Below are positions 13,093 through 25,305 of a stretch of 64,000 nt of DNA, piece by piece; the first letter of the stretch is position 1, and every line of letters starts with the position of its first letter. The notes beneath the pieces were generated by a model. That model saw only the letters and a list, made by a program, of their open reading frames with translations, made no database searches and had not been told where the DNA came from. A program made the translations under genes and the position numbers. The stretch is from Paraspadella gotoi (lineage: Eukaryota > Animalia > Chaetognatha), in NCBI GenBank assembly GCA_051294375.1, contig CM119270.1:19479741-19543740 (forward strand), written 5' to 3'.

Positions 13093-13349
13093 GGAAACCT
13101 GTGTCTCTGTGACTGTACCACTTTCCTTACCTATTTGTTACCTGATCCTTGTAGGCATGTAATAGCTGTGATTGAGACCTTTTCAGCTTTAATCCTAAGA
13201 GGTGAAGGTAACTAACTTACTAACACCAGATCCTCAAAGAGATGAATAGTCAGGTAGAAAGATCGGCTTGGCTCTCACTCTAAGAGGTGAAGGTAAGGAA
13301 AACCCCTCCAGAGATGCCGCGTTCAGCGCTGCGCGTTTGTTTCCATTTT
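13093..13349 (+). ncRNA. Unidentified structured ncRNA, paralog B (copy 2), with duplicated internal domain
   Basis: GGAAAC/GTTTCC, GTCTCTG/CAGAGAT and TTTCCTTACCT/AGGTAAGGAAA helices; two tandem copies of the inner hairpin module; terminal TTTT. An internal T4 is present at 13180-13183. Confidence 0.65.
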
Positions 13350-13553
13350 ACCATTGTTATATTCAGACATATTTTTTTTCTAATAAGAAAAACAAACATA
13401 TGACATGGCTATTAAAAAAGTCTGTATTAAATTTTTAAATGAACAACGAAAGTGAATTTATAAAATGTGGTTGATTAATAATTATCATTATAATAAATAA
13501 TAAATAACAGAAAAAATACTATCACATTGTCAGCATTAGGATTTTTTAACATC

Positions 13554-13795
13554 ATTTGCATATTGTTGTATGTCATCTCATCCATAGATCTTTAAGAAAT
13601 ATTTAATCTAATCATAAATTAATGCATTCAATGCCGTCTGGCTGACTTATCAACAAACAAACATTGTTAAAACACTATCCTTTTACATCCAAACTAATTG
13701 ATCCAAGGCCGCTAGTGCTTATCCAAGTCAACCAAGATTCTGGGGGTGGCAGAAAACTATCTAGATAAAAAAAGAAAGCTTTTACCTTCCACAAT
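13554..13795 (+). promoter_or_regulatory. U6/7SK-type promoter of paralog C
   Basis: ATTTGCAT at 13554 (-242), TCAACCAAGATT at 13728 (-68), TAGATAAAA at 13762 (-34). Confidence 0.7.
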
Positions 13796-13969
13796 AGAAA
13801 ACCTGCATCTCTGTGAACTTACCACTTTCCTTACCTCGCTGTCACCAGAACCTCAAAGCAGATGAATAGTCGAGAAGAAAGACCTACTCGGCTCTCACCT
13901 TAAGAGGGGATGGTAAGGAATAGCTCTCCAAGGATGCCGCGAAAAGCGCCGCGCGATTGTTTCACTTTT
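13796..13969 (+). ncRNA. Unidentified structured ncRNA, paralog C (copy 2)
   Basis: TTCCTTACC/GGTAAGGAA helix, AGTCGAG/CTCGGCT hairpin, 3' GCG-AAAAG-CGC hairpin, terminal TTTT. Confidence 0.65.
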
Positions 13970-14071
13970 ATATATTCGGAAATATATTTTTTGTTTCACT
14001 TTTATATATACTCGGATATCTATTTTTTTTTTAAACAAAAATGACAACCGCTTTAAGATTTCTTTAATATC

Positions 14072-14313
14072 ATTTGCATATTGTTGAATGTCGTGTCATC
14101 CATAGATTCTTTTTGAAAAAAATATATTCTATCGATAAAATAAATAAAACAATGTATTCAATGTCGGCTATCAATAAACTAATAGTCAACAAGATCCTTT
14201 CTCGTTCGAACTTATGAGTCAATGGCCTCTTTACCTCATTTAAGTTCAACCAAAATTTTATGCGCGGCCAAAATCTCCCTATATTTAAGAAGAAAGCTTC
14301 GCCTCTTTAAATC
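14072..14313 (+). promoter_or_regulatory. U6/7SK-type promoter of paralog D
   Basis: ATTTGCAT at 14072 (-242), TCAACCAAAATT at 14246 (-68), TATATTTAA at 14280 (-34), inferred start G at 14314. Confidence 0.72.
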
Positions 14314-14518
14314 GGGAACCCGTATCTCTGTGACCTCACCCCGACCCTTACCCAACTGAGATCCCGGTACTCGAACGAGACGAGTGGAGCTGGATTTCTG
14401 CTCGCGTCTCTCTTCGAGCGTAAGGCGCGGTCCGACGAGGACTCTGGGGACACCCCTCCGATGTAGCCCGTCCCAGAGATGTCGCGATAAGCGCTCCGTG
14501 ATCGTTCTCTTAAATTTT
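14314..14518 (+). ncRNA. Unidentified structured ncRNA, paralog D (copy 2), the most divergent and GC-rich member
   Basis: GGGAAC/GTTCTC, ATCTCTG/CAGAGAT and CCTTAC/GTAAGG helices; long CTCGAA-CGAGACG/CGTCTC-TTCGAG hairpin; terminal TTTT. Confidence 0.65.
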
Positions 14519-15145
14519 ACAATTGTACCTGTAATGATACATTTATAATAAACTAAGTTTAATTTGATTTAATTAAATTTCTTGCGCTGAAAAGCGACGG
14601 GTAAGGCAAAGTTTATATATATCCGGTTTTTTCTTAATTAATTTCCGACAACAATTTACCGATAAACACAGTTTTTTTTTTTTTCGCAAAAACAGAAGAA
14701 AAGCGGCCATTACTTTGTCTTCGTTTGTTTGTTTACAATCGTTTTTGATAAAAAGGGTTTTTTTTGCAGTAAAGAAAGAAAAACTTACTGGGCGACTCCG
14801 CGTTCGTCTGAACCGAGCTAACCAAAAAAAAAAAAGCAAGAAAAGCGAAAAAAAAAGCAAAAGCTAAAAAAATATTATTGGGTTTGTTTTGCCTAATTTT
14901 TCTCTTTTGCATTTATCTTGCTTTCTCGTTTCTTATCTTTTTTATTTTACCTTCTGTTTCTATTTTTCACTTTTACTTTTACATGTCCTACTTTTATCTT
15001 TCATTACTTTTCCTTCCTTTTTTTTCCTCCTCTTTCTACCTCTCATTCCTTTCCTCCTTTCCTTCGCCTCCTCTGTTTCTCCTCTTTTTGTCTCCTTTTG
15101 ATTCCATTACATTCTTTCTTTTCTTTTTTTGATCCGTCTTTTCGA

Positions 15146-15245
<100 letters not shown>

Positions 15246-15883
15246 GCCAATCGAATTACGTTTTTTTCTTCTTTTTATTCCATTTTGCCCTCGTTTTGTT
15301 CACAGAAAATTGAGACGTAAAACCGAAAAAGTGAGAGACGGTTTCATGAAAGAAAATCTTTATTTAGGTAGTTTTTTACGTTTGCCTCCGAAGTTAATTT
15401 CTTCTTTTAATTACAGAAATAAAATTAATTACAGACATAAAATTGGTACAACTAATATAAAAATTATAATTTAAATGAGCTTTCACCTAATTTTTGTTGG
15501 ATAGAAAAATTTATTGTTTATTTCCAGCGAAGATTTAGAAATAAAATCTTATAAGAAATAAAAGAAGGGGCCAACTTGTCAATGAGTTGCAGTCACCGAC
15601 GCGAATCGAATCGAAGAAAATTGTAAATAGGACATTTTAGAGACTCGAGTGGCCAGAAAATTGGCGCAAGTTTTGACAAAGGAAAAAAGATCAATTAAAA
15701 ATCGATTAACGAAAGGAAATTGATTTTCTACAAATAGCTGCATGAGGAGGTAAATTTGAAGGATAAATATGAGGATTAAATGAAAAGAACATATAATGAC
15801 ATACATGAAAACTGACAGGCCCAAGCTTGCTAGTTTTCACAATCCTTTCCCCACTCCTAATGTCTCATGCTGCCCTTTCCGGA

Positions 15884-15997
<114 letters not shown>

Positions 15998-16918
15998 CTC
16001 ACTCTCACGAACTCACGAGGTTTTCAGCTTTTCATTATCTCGTCCTCTTCTTCACTCGTGAATCAAAGTCGGAAAATCGAAAGAGAAATAAAAAAAAAAT
16101 CTTTAATTCAAATTTTCTTTTTAAAGTCGCGTCGACTCAACTGAAAGCGATTTGGTCGCTCCCTGTTTTTGATTATTTAATTTTGTTTATATAAGAATTC
16201 AAAAAAGTTAAGAATCAAATACTTTTTTTTTAATAAAAAGTTTTTAGTATAAAATACTAGATATTTAACTTTTTTCAGTTTAATATGAAAATATTATGTT
16301 TTTTTTTTTTAAGTCGTCACTGACTTGAACCTTTTTCTTCCGTTTAAATAAAATCATCTTTTTAATTTTTTTCTTAAATAAACTAAAAAAGAATGAAAAA
16401 GAAAGAAAAAAGGAAAAGGAAAACGAAGAGAATAAAGAAAAGAGGAAAAAAAAGTTTTTTTTTCTCTTTCTTTAATCTTATTCAAATTTGATGGGGAACA
16501 AAATTCGTCCTCCTTTTCAAAAAAAGAATCTTCCCCTTCTCCCCAGCCTCCCTCTCTCGCCCGGCTCCCTCTCCCCCCAGACCTCCTCTCCCTCTTCCCC
16601 TCCGCCTCCCACTCCCCCCTCGCTCCCCGGATGAAGATTCGACGGTTGAGAATCCGAATTAAACTTCGCCCATTGAAAATGAAGAGAGTGAAAAAAAGTA
16701 GCAAAAAAGGTTTCCGTCGAATGGGCCACTCTATTAATCCAATTTACATATTTTAAAGTTTTGCTTTTGAAGGAAAAGGCTCTTCATTGGCTGTGACTGT
16801 TGTTGAATTCAGCAGCTGCAACGGGCTTTTGCAGTTTTATTTGAAGAAATGGGAATTTACTTTCCTCCCCTTTTTTGAAACACCTATGTTCCGCTCCTTT
16901 TCTCCCGCTCATCTTTGG

Positions 16919-16969
<51 letters not shown>

Positions 16970-18639
16970 ACCTCTTCCCACCCAGGTTCAATTTCTTCGT
17001 CGAATCGAGCGATCGAACGATTTGCGATTCCATTGATCCTCACCCGAGTCACTTACCCTCGACACTCACTCCACTTCCAGTTCCATTTGTATCCTTCATC
17101 GCTTCTTTTACAATTGTTCTTTTCGTTTAAATGTGTTGAACGACCTTTTTTTAAATAGGAGACAATACTTACTCTTTTACATATATACCAATTTACTAAT
17201 TTTTTTGTCTTTTTATAATTTTTATTTTAGTATTGTCCTTTTTAATCTCTCTTCGTCCCTATACTTTTTCGTTATTATCTTTTTCTATTTAAACCCGCTT
17301 CCCACATCCCTCGGGCACAGTCTCATTGACCCTTGTTCCACCCCTTTCTGACCACTTTTTCTACTTCCTTTCCTCCCTTTTTCTCCAACTCTCGTTCGTA
17401 CCATCTTCCATTAATGTGTCATCCATATTTCACAACTCTTTTTCCAACCCTCCCCCCACCCAGTTCCATCCTCCCCCAGTTCAACCCCCCAAATTTTTCA
17501 CACCCACTTCCCCCCCCCCTTTAACCACCCCCATCTCCACCCCCCCCCACACCCCAACTTTGCGAAAATATCCGCGCTCAATAATTTTGTCCCCAGATTC
17601 GCTTGGATAAAATTCTCTGCGGAACGAAGAGACTCGAATAAGAGGAACCGGTTGAATGGGAACGAAATAGAAAAAAAGGAAATGAAAAAGAAAGGAAAAA
17701 GGAAAGGAAATAAAAAAGAGAGAATAAAGGAGAAAGGAGTAGGAAAAAAAAGGGAAGGGGAGAGAGAGAGATCTCTCTGACTGACGCCGGGCCGTCCCTG
17801 GCCGGGACCCCGTGAAAGATCTCGAGGGAGATTCGTTGTCGTTGTTGTTATTCATACCGAGAGGAAAATGTTTTAAAAAAATGTTAAATTGTGACTTGAT
17901 TTAAAACTAATAAAAAGAAAGTAAAGTTTCAATTTAAAAAAAAAGTAAGTAACTTACTAATACTATAAATAACCAAATATTATAAAATAAAAAGCCGAGC
18001 TCCGAAGTAAGTGTCTAGTCCCCAGTACATTCACATTCATATTTAACAACGAAAAGGAAAAAAACTGGTTCGGCGGTGATTTAAGGCAATAAAATTCTGT
18101 GAGGCGACGCGAGATTGGTCTATTTGTGAGAGGAGAGTTAATGAGCCGCGTGATACGAGGAAGATGTGAGGGAGGGAATGTGATACGAAGACGAAATTGC
18201 GGCGTGAAAGAAATGAAACGTGACGTCACGGTGAATGTATATTCGTTGTGAAACTGTGGTTACAGTGATAGGATAGAGTTAAATTTCATTATGACTGAAA
18301 AAAGACTGAAAAAAAATCACAATTTGTGCTGCTTTAAAATCCATACATATGTTGTACAATTTTGACTCTCAACGCTTTATTTTAAAATGAATGTATTAAT
18401 GAATATAATTATAATCTGTAGTTTTTAATTATTCACAAACAATTTTTTCACACGAGGAAAGTCTTTGTAAAAGAAGCTTTATAAAGATAAGCAGATGAGG
18501 AAGAGGGAAGAGGAAGAGAAATAAGAGGAGGAAGTGGACGCAGAAGAGGGAAGAGGAAAAGTCGTGGAAAGTAGGTCAATTTAAAGGATCTGGAGAAGAT
18601 GGCAAGAGTGGCGACTGGCAAGATAGTGGAGTGGCAAAA

Positions 18640-19700
18640 ACAGCCAAGAAAGAAATGGCGTGACTCTGAGAGAGAGGAGTGGGAGCGGGAGGAGGGAGCA
18701 AGGAGGAATGGGAGGGAAAAGGAGGAAGGGAGGCGAGGAGGGGAAGGAGTAGGGGAAGAGGGGGAGGAGGGAGGGAGGAGGAGAGGAAAGAGGAGTGGAA
18801 GGAGAGGGAGGAGGGAGAGGGGAGCGAGGGAGGAGAGGGAGGGGAAGGAAGTATGGGGAGGACGAGGAGAGGGAGGAGGAGGTAGATTAGGGGGAAGGAA
18901 GGATAGGAGGGAGAGAGGGTAGTGATGAGGTGAGCAAGAGGGAAAGGGGAAGACAGAAGGGAGGGAGGTTAAAGAAGAAGAAGGGAAAGAAAGGAAAGGG
19001 AGGGAGAGAAGAGAAGAGAAAAAGCGAGGAAAGGTGAGGAAAAAATATACAAAATAAATCTCTTCAGTAAAGAAAAGAAAATGATAAAGGAAAATGGGAA
19101 TTTTTCTAACTTTAGCGTTAATTTAAGGGGGACGAGGAGTTGTAAATATTTTAGTTTGTATGAAGGGTAAGATGAATATAGAATGGGTGCAGACAGGAGG
19201 CACTTTGTATCCCTCTCATGCTCCTATCTTTCATTTTGCTTTCACTTCTCTCCCTCTTTGTAAGTCTCTCTCCGTCTCTCTCCTCTTTACTTGGATCGGT
19301 GATTCCCGATTGGATTTGATTTCTCCTCGACAAGAATTCCTCCTTCTCCCCTTCCCCCTCTCCTTTATTTACACATTTTTCTGCCCATTTCCCATTCCCA
19401 TCCCCCTCCCCAGTCCCTCACGCCCGGTTTCCCCTCCACTCTACTTTCACCCCGGCCTTTCCCTTTCCCTTTTCTCCTTGCCCCACCTCTCCCCTCCACC
19501 CATCAATTCCCCACCTTCCCCCCTACCTACTTCCCCGCCTTCCCCCTTTTCCTCCTACCCCACATCTCCCCCTCACCACAAACTCTCCACCTTCCACCCC
19601 CCCAAATCAACAAGACAAAGCGATTGCTCGTTCCCCATTTTCGCCGCCCTCCGTCCCGCCCTTTTTATTTCCAGACGACGGTTAAAATCTTTATAAACGA

Positions 19701-19741
<41 letters not shown>

Positions 19742-20211
19742 CTCTCTCCTCTCCTTCTCTTCTCTCTTCTCTCTCTCTCTTCTCTCTCTCTCTCCTCTCT
19801 CTTTCTCTCTCTTATCTCTCTCTCTTCTCCTTCTCTCTCTCTCTCTCTCTCTCTTTCTTTCTCTCTTTCTCCAAGGAAAGGGGAAGAGAGAAAATTAAAG
19901 GGCTTCAAATATATACGGCCTCTGTTACCCTTGGCAACACGCATTTTTCCTTTCCCATTTGCAATTCCTTCTCTAAAATTGCTTTCGTTTTTTTTTTTCG
20001 AGAGAAAAGAAAACGTAATTTTTTTTTGGTTTTTCAAAAAAAATGTTTCTTTTGTTTCGTTGGAAAAAAAGACAGAAAAAAAAATTGGCGTTGAATTTAT
20101 TGTTATGGAGCAGAAAAAAAAAATTATTATTTTCTTGCAGCGCTCGCTTATTATTTCATCTCTGTCTCTATTCTACTCTCTCAATCTCTCTCTCTCTACT
20201 CCTCTTTCTCT

Positions 20212-20244
<33 letters not shown>

Positions 20245-20474
20245 TTCCTATTGAAAGACAACTGTTAAGTGTTTAGGTTTGGTCGACGAGTATGGCAAAT
20301 TGATAGCTGTTATACTCATTGTGTTCTGTTACCCATTCGTTCACTCTTCCTCCCTCCTCCCCTCCTCCCTTTCCTCCTCCTATACTATTCGAGGAGGTAA
20401 GTAACCCCTGGGAGGATTCTCTCCGCGACGATTATCGCCGAAGATTCCTTCTGCTCCTCTCTCATCCTCTCTCT

Positions 20475-20555
<81 letters not shown>

Positions 20556-21120
20556 TTCTCCCAGCTTACGTCCGTTAATAAAAAAGAGACATAAAATATA
20601 AAGGTTCGCCATTTTTTTTCGGTTCCTCTTTCACCTTTGAAATTTTCTCCTGTCAACGTCTGTCGTTATCTTTTTCATTGGCCTCATTCTCCCTCCTCGT
20701 TTTTTTCTTTTCCTCTCTCTTCCCTCTTTCTTTTTCCTCTTCTCCTTCCTTCTTTCTTTTCTCCCTCCTTCTTTCTCCTTTTTGCGTCCTTGGTTTTTCT
20801 TTCTTTTTTTTCTTTTCCTTCTTTCAATTTCTTTCTTTCTTTTCTCCCTTTCATTTCTTTTTTCCTTTTCTTTTTTTAAAATTTTCATTCCTCCTTTTTT
20901 GACGTTTTTCCTCATCCTTTGCTTTTTTTCTCTTCCTTTTTATCACCTCTCTTTGTTACTTCCTCTGTTCTTTTCTTTCTTTGTTCCTTCCTTTTCTTTT
21001 TTCCTTCCTCGTTTCCTTTTCCTCTTTCTACTTTCGCTCAAAAATCTTCCCGAGACAAAATTAAAAAAAGGAAAAAAAAATGTTTTATCGGTGACTATTT
21101 TATTTTTCATAGCACCTTTA

Positions 21121-21180
<60 letters not shown>

Positions 21181-21311
21181 TCTCTCTCTCTCCTCTCTCT
21201 CCCTCTCCTCTCAATGCCATCTTCAGTCGTGTTCCATTCTTTCCTCTTTTTCAATTAACTCCTTTTCTTTTGTTCCGAGTCCTCTCTCTCTTCTCTATCT
21301 CTCTATCTTCT

Positions 21312-21398
<87 letters not shown>

Positions 21399-22990
21399 CC
21401 TTCGCATGTGACGATTTTCGCCGTCTCTGCCGCGGCACNNNNNNNNNNNNNNNNNNNNNNNNNATAATAATTTTTTTTTCTGCTCATAACAATAAATTCA
21501 ACGCCAATTTTTTTTCTGTCTTTTTTTCCAACGAAACAAAAGAAACATTTTTTTGAAAAACCAAAAAAATTACGTTTTCTTTTCTCTCGAAAAAAAAAAC
21601 GAAAGCAATTTTAGAGAAGGAATTGCAAATGGAAAGGAAAAAGCGGTTGCCAAGGGTAACAGAGGCCGATATATTTGAAGCCCTTTAATTTTCTCTCTTC
21701 CCCTTTCCTTGGAGAAAAGAGAGATAAGGAACTAGAGAGAGAAGGGAGAAGCGAGAGAAGAGAGAGCAGAGCAGAGCAGAGAGAGACAAAGAGAGAGAGC
21801 AGTAGAGAGAAAGAGGAGTGAGGAGGGAGAGAGAAGAGAGACGAGACGACAGAAGAGCCAGAGAGAAGTGGAGGGAAAAAAGAAGAGAGAGAGACGAGAG
21901 ACACGTTTATAAAGATTTATAACCGTCGGTCTGGAAATAAAAAAGGGCGGAGAGAGGGCGGCGAAATGGGGGAACGAGCAATCGCTTTGTCTTGATTGAT
22001 TGGGGGATGGTAAAGGGGGGAGAGTTGTGGTGGAGGGGGAAGAGATTGGGACGGTAGGGGACAAAGCGGGGAAGGCGGGACGGTGAAGTAGGGGCGGAAT
22101 GGTGGGGAATTAGATGAGAGGTGGAAGGTCCGGAACGGTGGGGCAGGAGAAAAGGGAATAACGCGCCTGGGGTGAGAGTAGAGCTGGAGGGGGAAAGCCC
22201 GGGCTGGCGACATGATGCGGTGATGGCAAAGGGAATGAAGGGGAAGGGAAGCCGGGAATTCTCGTCGAGGGACGTAGAATCAAACAATTGGGAATCACGA
22301 TCAAAGTACAAGAGGATAGAGAACGGACGCAAGAGACTTACGAGAGAGGGAGAGAAAGTGAAAGCAAAATGAAAGATAGAGAGTGAGAGGATAAAGTGCC
22401 TCTGTCACCGATCTATATCACTCTTACCTTCTACCAACTAAATATTTTGACTACTCGTCCTCCCTTAAAATTAGCTAAAGTTAGAAAATTCCCATTTTCC
22501 TTTATCATTTTCTTTTCTTTACTGAAGAGATTTATTTTGTATATCCTCCCTTCCTCTCTTTTTCCTTCTCTTCCTCCCTCCCTTCCTTTCTTTCTCTCTT
22601 CTTCTTTAACCTCCCTCCNNNNNNNNNNNNNNNNNNNNNNNNNNNNNNNNNNNNNNNNNNNNNNNNNNNNNNNNNCATCTCTTCGCCCCTTGTCCCTCTT
22701 TTCCCTCATCACTCCCTCTCTCTCCCTTCCCTATCCTCCTTCCCCTCTAATCCTTTCCTCCCCTCACTCCCTCCTCTCCCTTCCCACCCTCCTTCCTCCC
22801 TCTCCTCCTCCTCTTCTCCCTCCTCCCCCTCCTCCCTCTCCTCCATCTTCCTCCTTTCCTCCCTTCTCTCCATCTCCTCCTTTCCTTCCCTCCCTCCCTC
22901 TCCTACCTCCCTCCCCCTCTTCCCCTGATCCTTCCTCCCTCCCCCTCCTCCCCACTCACTCCCTCTCCCCCCCCTCCTCCCCCCCAATCC
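18640..22990. repeat. Inverted duplication (~18640-20110 versus ~21464-22990)
   Basis: 'ggcgttgaatttattgttatg' and 'gacaaagcgattgctcgttcccc' recur as reverse complements. The second arm starts at an N gap and is noisier. Confidence 0.8.
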
Positions 22991-23356
22991 ATCCATTCTT
23001 CTTTATGATTGAGACTTCAACCGGCGCGGGAACGCGATCGCCGTTCGCGTACTATTCGTATCTCTAGTGCAATACGGTAATGATAGTTTTAACGGACCCG
23101 CCGCGAGGCGTGATGCTGCAATAACGCCCCGCCTACTCTCCGCCACCTCTTCCTCCCCTCGCTCTTCCTCCACCCCACCCCTCCCTTTCCCCCCTTTGCT
23201 TCCTTTTCTCTCCTCATTTTCAACATATTATTCTTTTAGTTCGACTTTATTCTTTTTTTTTGCTCCGCACAATCACCTCAGCGGAGGTCTTTTACGGAAG
23301 AGTATAACAATCCCTTGGATTGGTCTTCTCCCCTACTTCGCGAAATCATCTCTCTT

Positions 23357-23426
<70 letters not shown>

Positions 23427-25240
23427 CCCCCTCTTATTGAAACCACGGGCCCCCACTTTCCCTTTTAATTTAATTGGTTCCATTTTCTCCCATTTGTTAT
23501 TTCTCGTAAGAACCTTTTTTCTACTTTCCCAGTTGTTAAATCTCCACTTGATAACCTCTCCCCTTCGCTATTCATTACTAACTACTGTCCCCCTACCCCC
23601 CCCCACAGCCCGCCTACTGTGAAAGTTACAGTTAATCACGCTTAAACCCACTGACACAAATTGGCAAGCCTTTTCCCTATCATAACCCAATCGTTAAGGT
23701 CAGTAAGTTACCCCCCCCCGCCTCGATCGGCGCTCGCTTCCTCCCTCTTTGTTAACTTTCATGTCCGCCCCCGACCCCCCCTCTATGAGAGCTGTGGTAA
23801 ATGTTTGAGAAACATTTCCATGTGTGCGCCGCTTGATCGGTCAGGTCCGCTCTTGTGGTATTTTTCTGGCGGCAAAACGCTAGCCTGAAATCGTTTTAAG
23901 AAGAAAAGAAAACATACAAGACAAAAAAAGACGAAAACGTCATTACCAACCGAATTTAGCGCCTATCGCCCTCCATCCCCACTTTCCTTGCCACGTCACC
24001 CAATGCCCCACCCCGCGGCATTCCCCATTCCCCACCTTAACCCTCCACCAATTAAATTTCCCTCCCCCTTCCCGCTTCCGAAGAACAGTTTATAAAGCAG
24101 TCGGAGGCTAAATGCGTCCATTATTAATCGTTTGTAGCAATCGGCTTTATTTTAAACTCGCTTCTTTCATTACTCGTCTTTTGCCAATCCGGCCTTTCCA
24201 TTCAGAACAAGTTCGGTCTCGCAATTTTGTCTATTTTTCCGACAACAATAAACAGGCGTCGGTTGACGTCGGGCGGCGTCGGGCGGCGCCGGACGGCATC
24301 TATTGGCGTCGGGCGGCGTCTGTCATTTTGTCGGGTCGGTGGCGTCAAAGCGGAAGTCGATGATCCCGATTGGTAAGGTCTCACTTCTTTCAGGGTGAGG
24401 CAGATGTCGAATTGCCGAGAGGTAAGTTCTTCCAGTTTCGGTTACAGCGGGCATCGTACAGTTTCATACTGCAAACAGATATTATGATCGGGTTGCTTAT
24501 TGAGTAAATCTGTCAGCTCTTTGACCAAAACTTACCGGGATCGTTCCCCGGATGTACTTACTTTTCGGGAAGTGTAAGGACTTTCCTTAACCACCTGTGG
24601 CACCTGAAAACCCCTAAGCCTGGTTCCAAGACCAGTAACCATTGATGACGACGTTTGGCTAAGAATTTACGGATTTTTTTTTTTCGTCGCAAGGTTATTT
24701 GATGGCCAGAGGCAAACGAGGGAGACTAACCTTGAGCCAAAAGGAGGAGCCTGCGTCGAAGCTTCCTACTAAAATAATCATTGGGGCTAAATTTATGATG
24801 TTCGTCGCCGAGAGAAGTTTTTTTTTTTGAAACAAGGAGGACTCGGGACTGAGGAAGGTGTTTAGTTTTTTTTTATACAACTTAGTAACATGGTATATAT
24901 CTATCAGAAAATGAAATATTACTGCACCTTAGACCTTAGACCTACCTAGACGTAACGCGTTTCTCTCCTAACACCCCACTCAACTAACCCTGGATACCCA
25001 TTCACACGCTTTTAACACCCTATAACCACCTTGTTAACAACCCATAGTTACCCTTTTGAACAAATCAATGACCATCCCCTTGACATCCCAATCGCCATCC
25101 CCTTAACATCCCATATTCTCCACTTACCACCCCACAACCGCCTCATTACACCTAATGACCACACCCCAATGACCACCCTCTCTCCACATCCTCCATCCTC
25201 CCGAGTCTTTGGCTCCGGCGCCAATCCACGCATAAAACAT

Positions 25241-25305
25241 TTCGCACTGACGAGTTATGACGATCCTCGTTATAACGAAAGATTCGCTTTATCGAACTTT
25301 GGGGA
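25241..25305 (+). ncRNA. Hammerhead-ribozyme-like motif (type I topology)
   Basis: CUGACGA (25247-25253), 9-bp stem II GUUAUGACG/CGUUAUAAC, GAAA (25277-25280), stem III AG(A)UUCG/CGAACU, NUH triplet CUU, stem I UUCGCA/UGGGGA with one G.G mismatch. Confidence 0.65.

Noticed and set aside
18640-22990. Biological palindrome
   Set aside because: The second arm starts at an N gap, contains another gap and is error-rich; likely redundant assembly.
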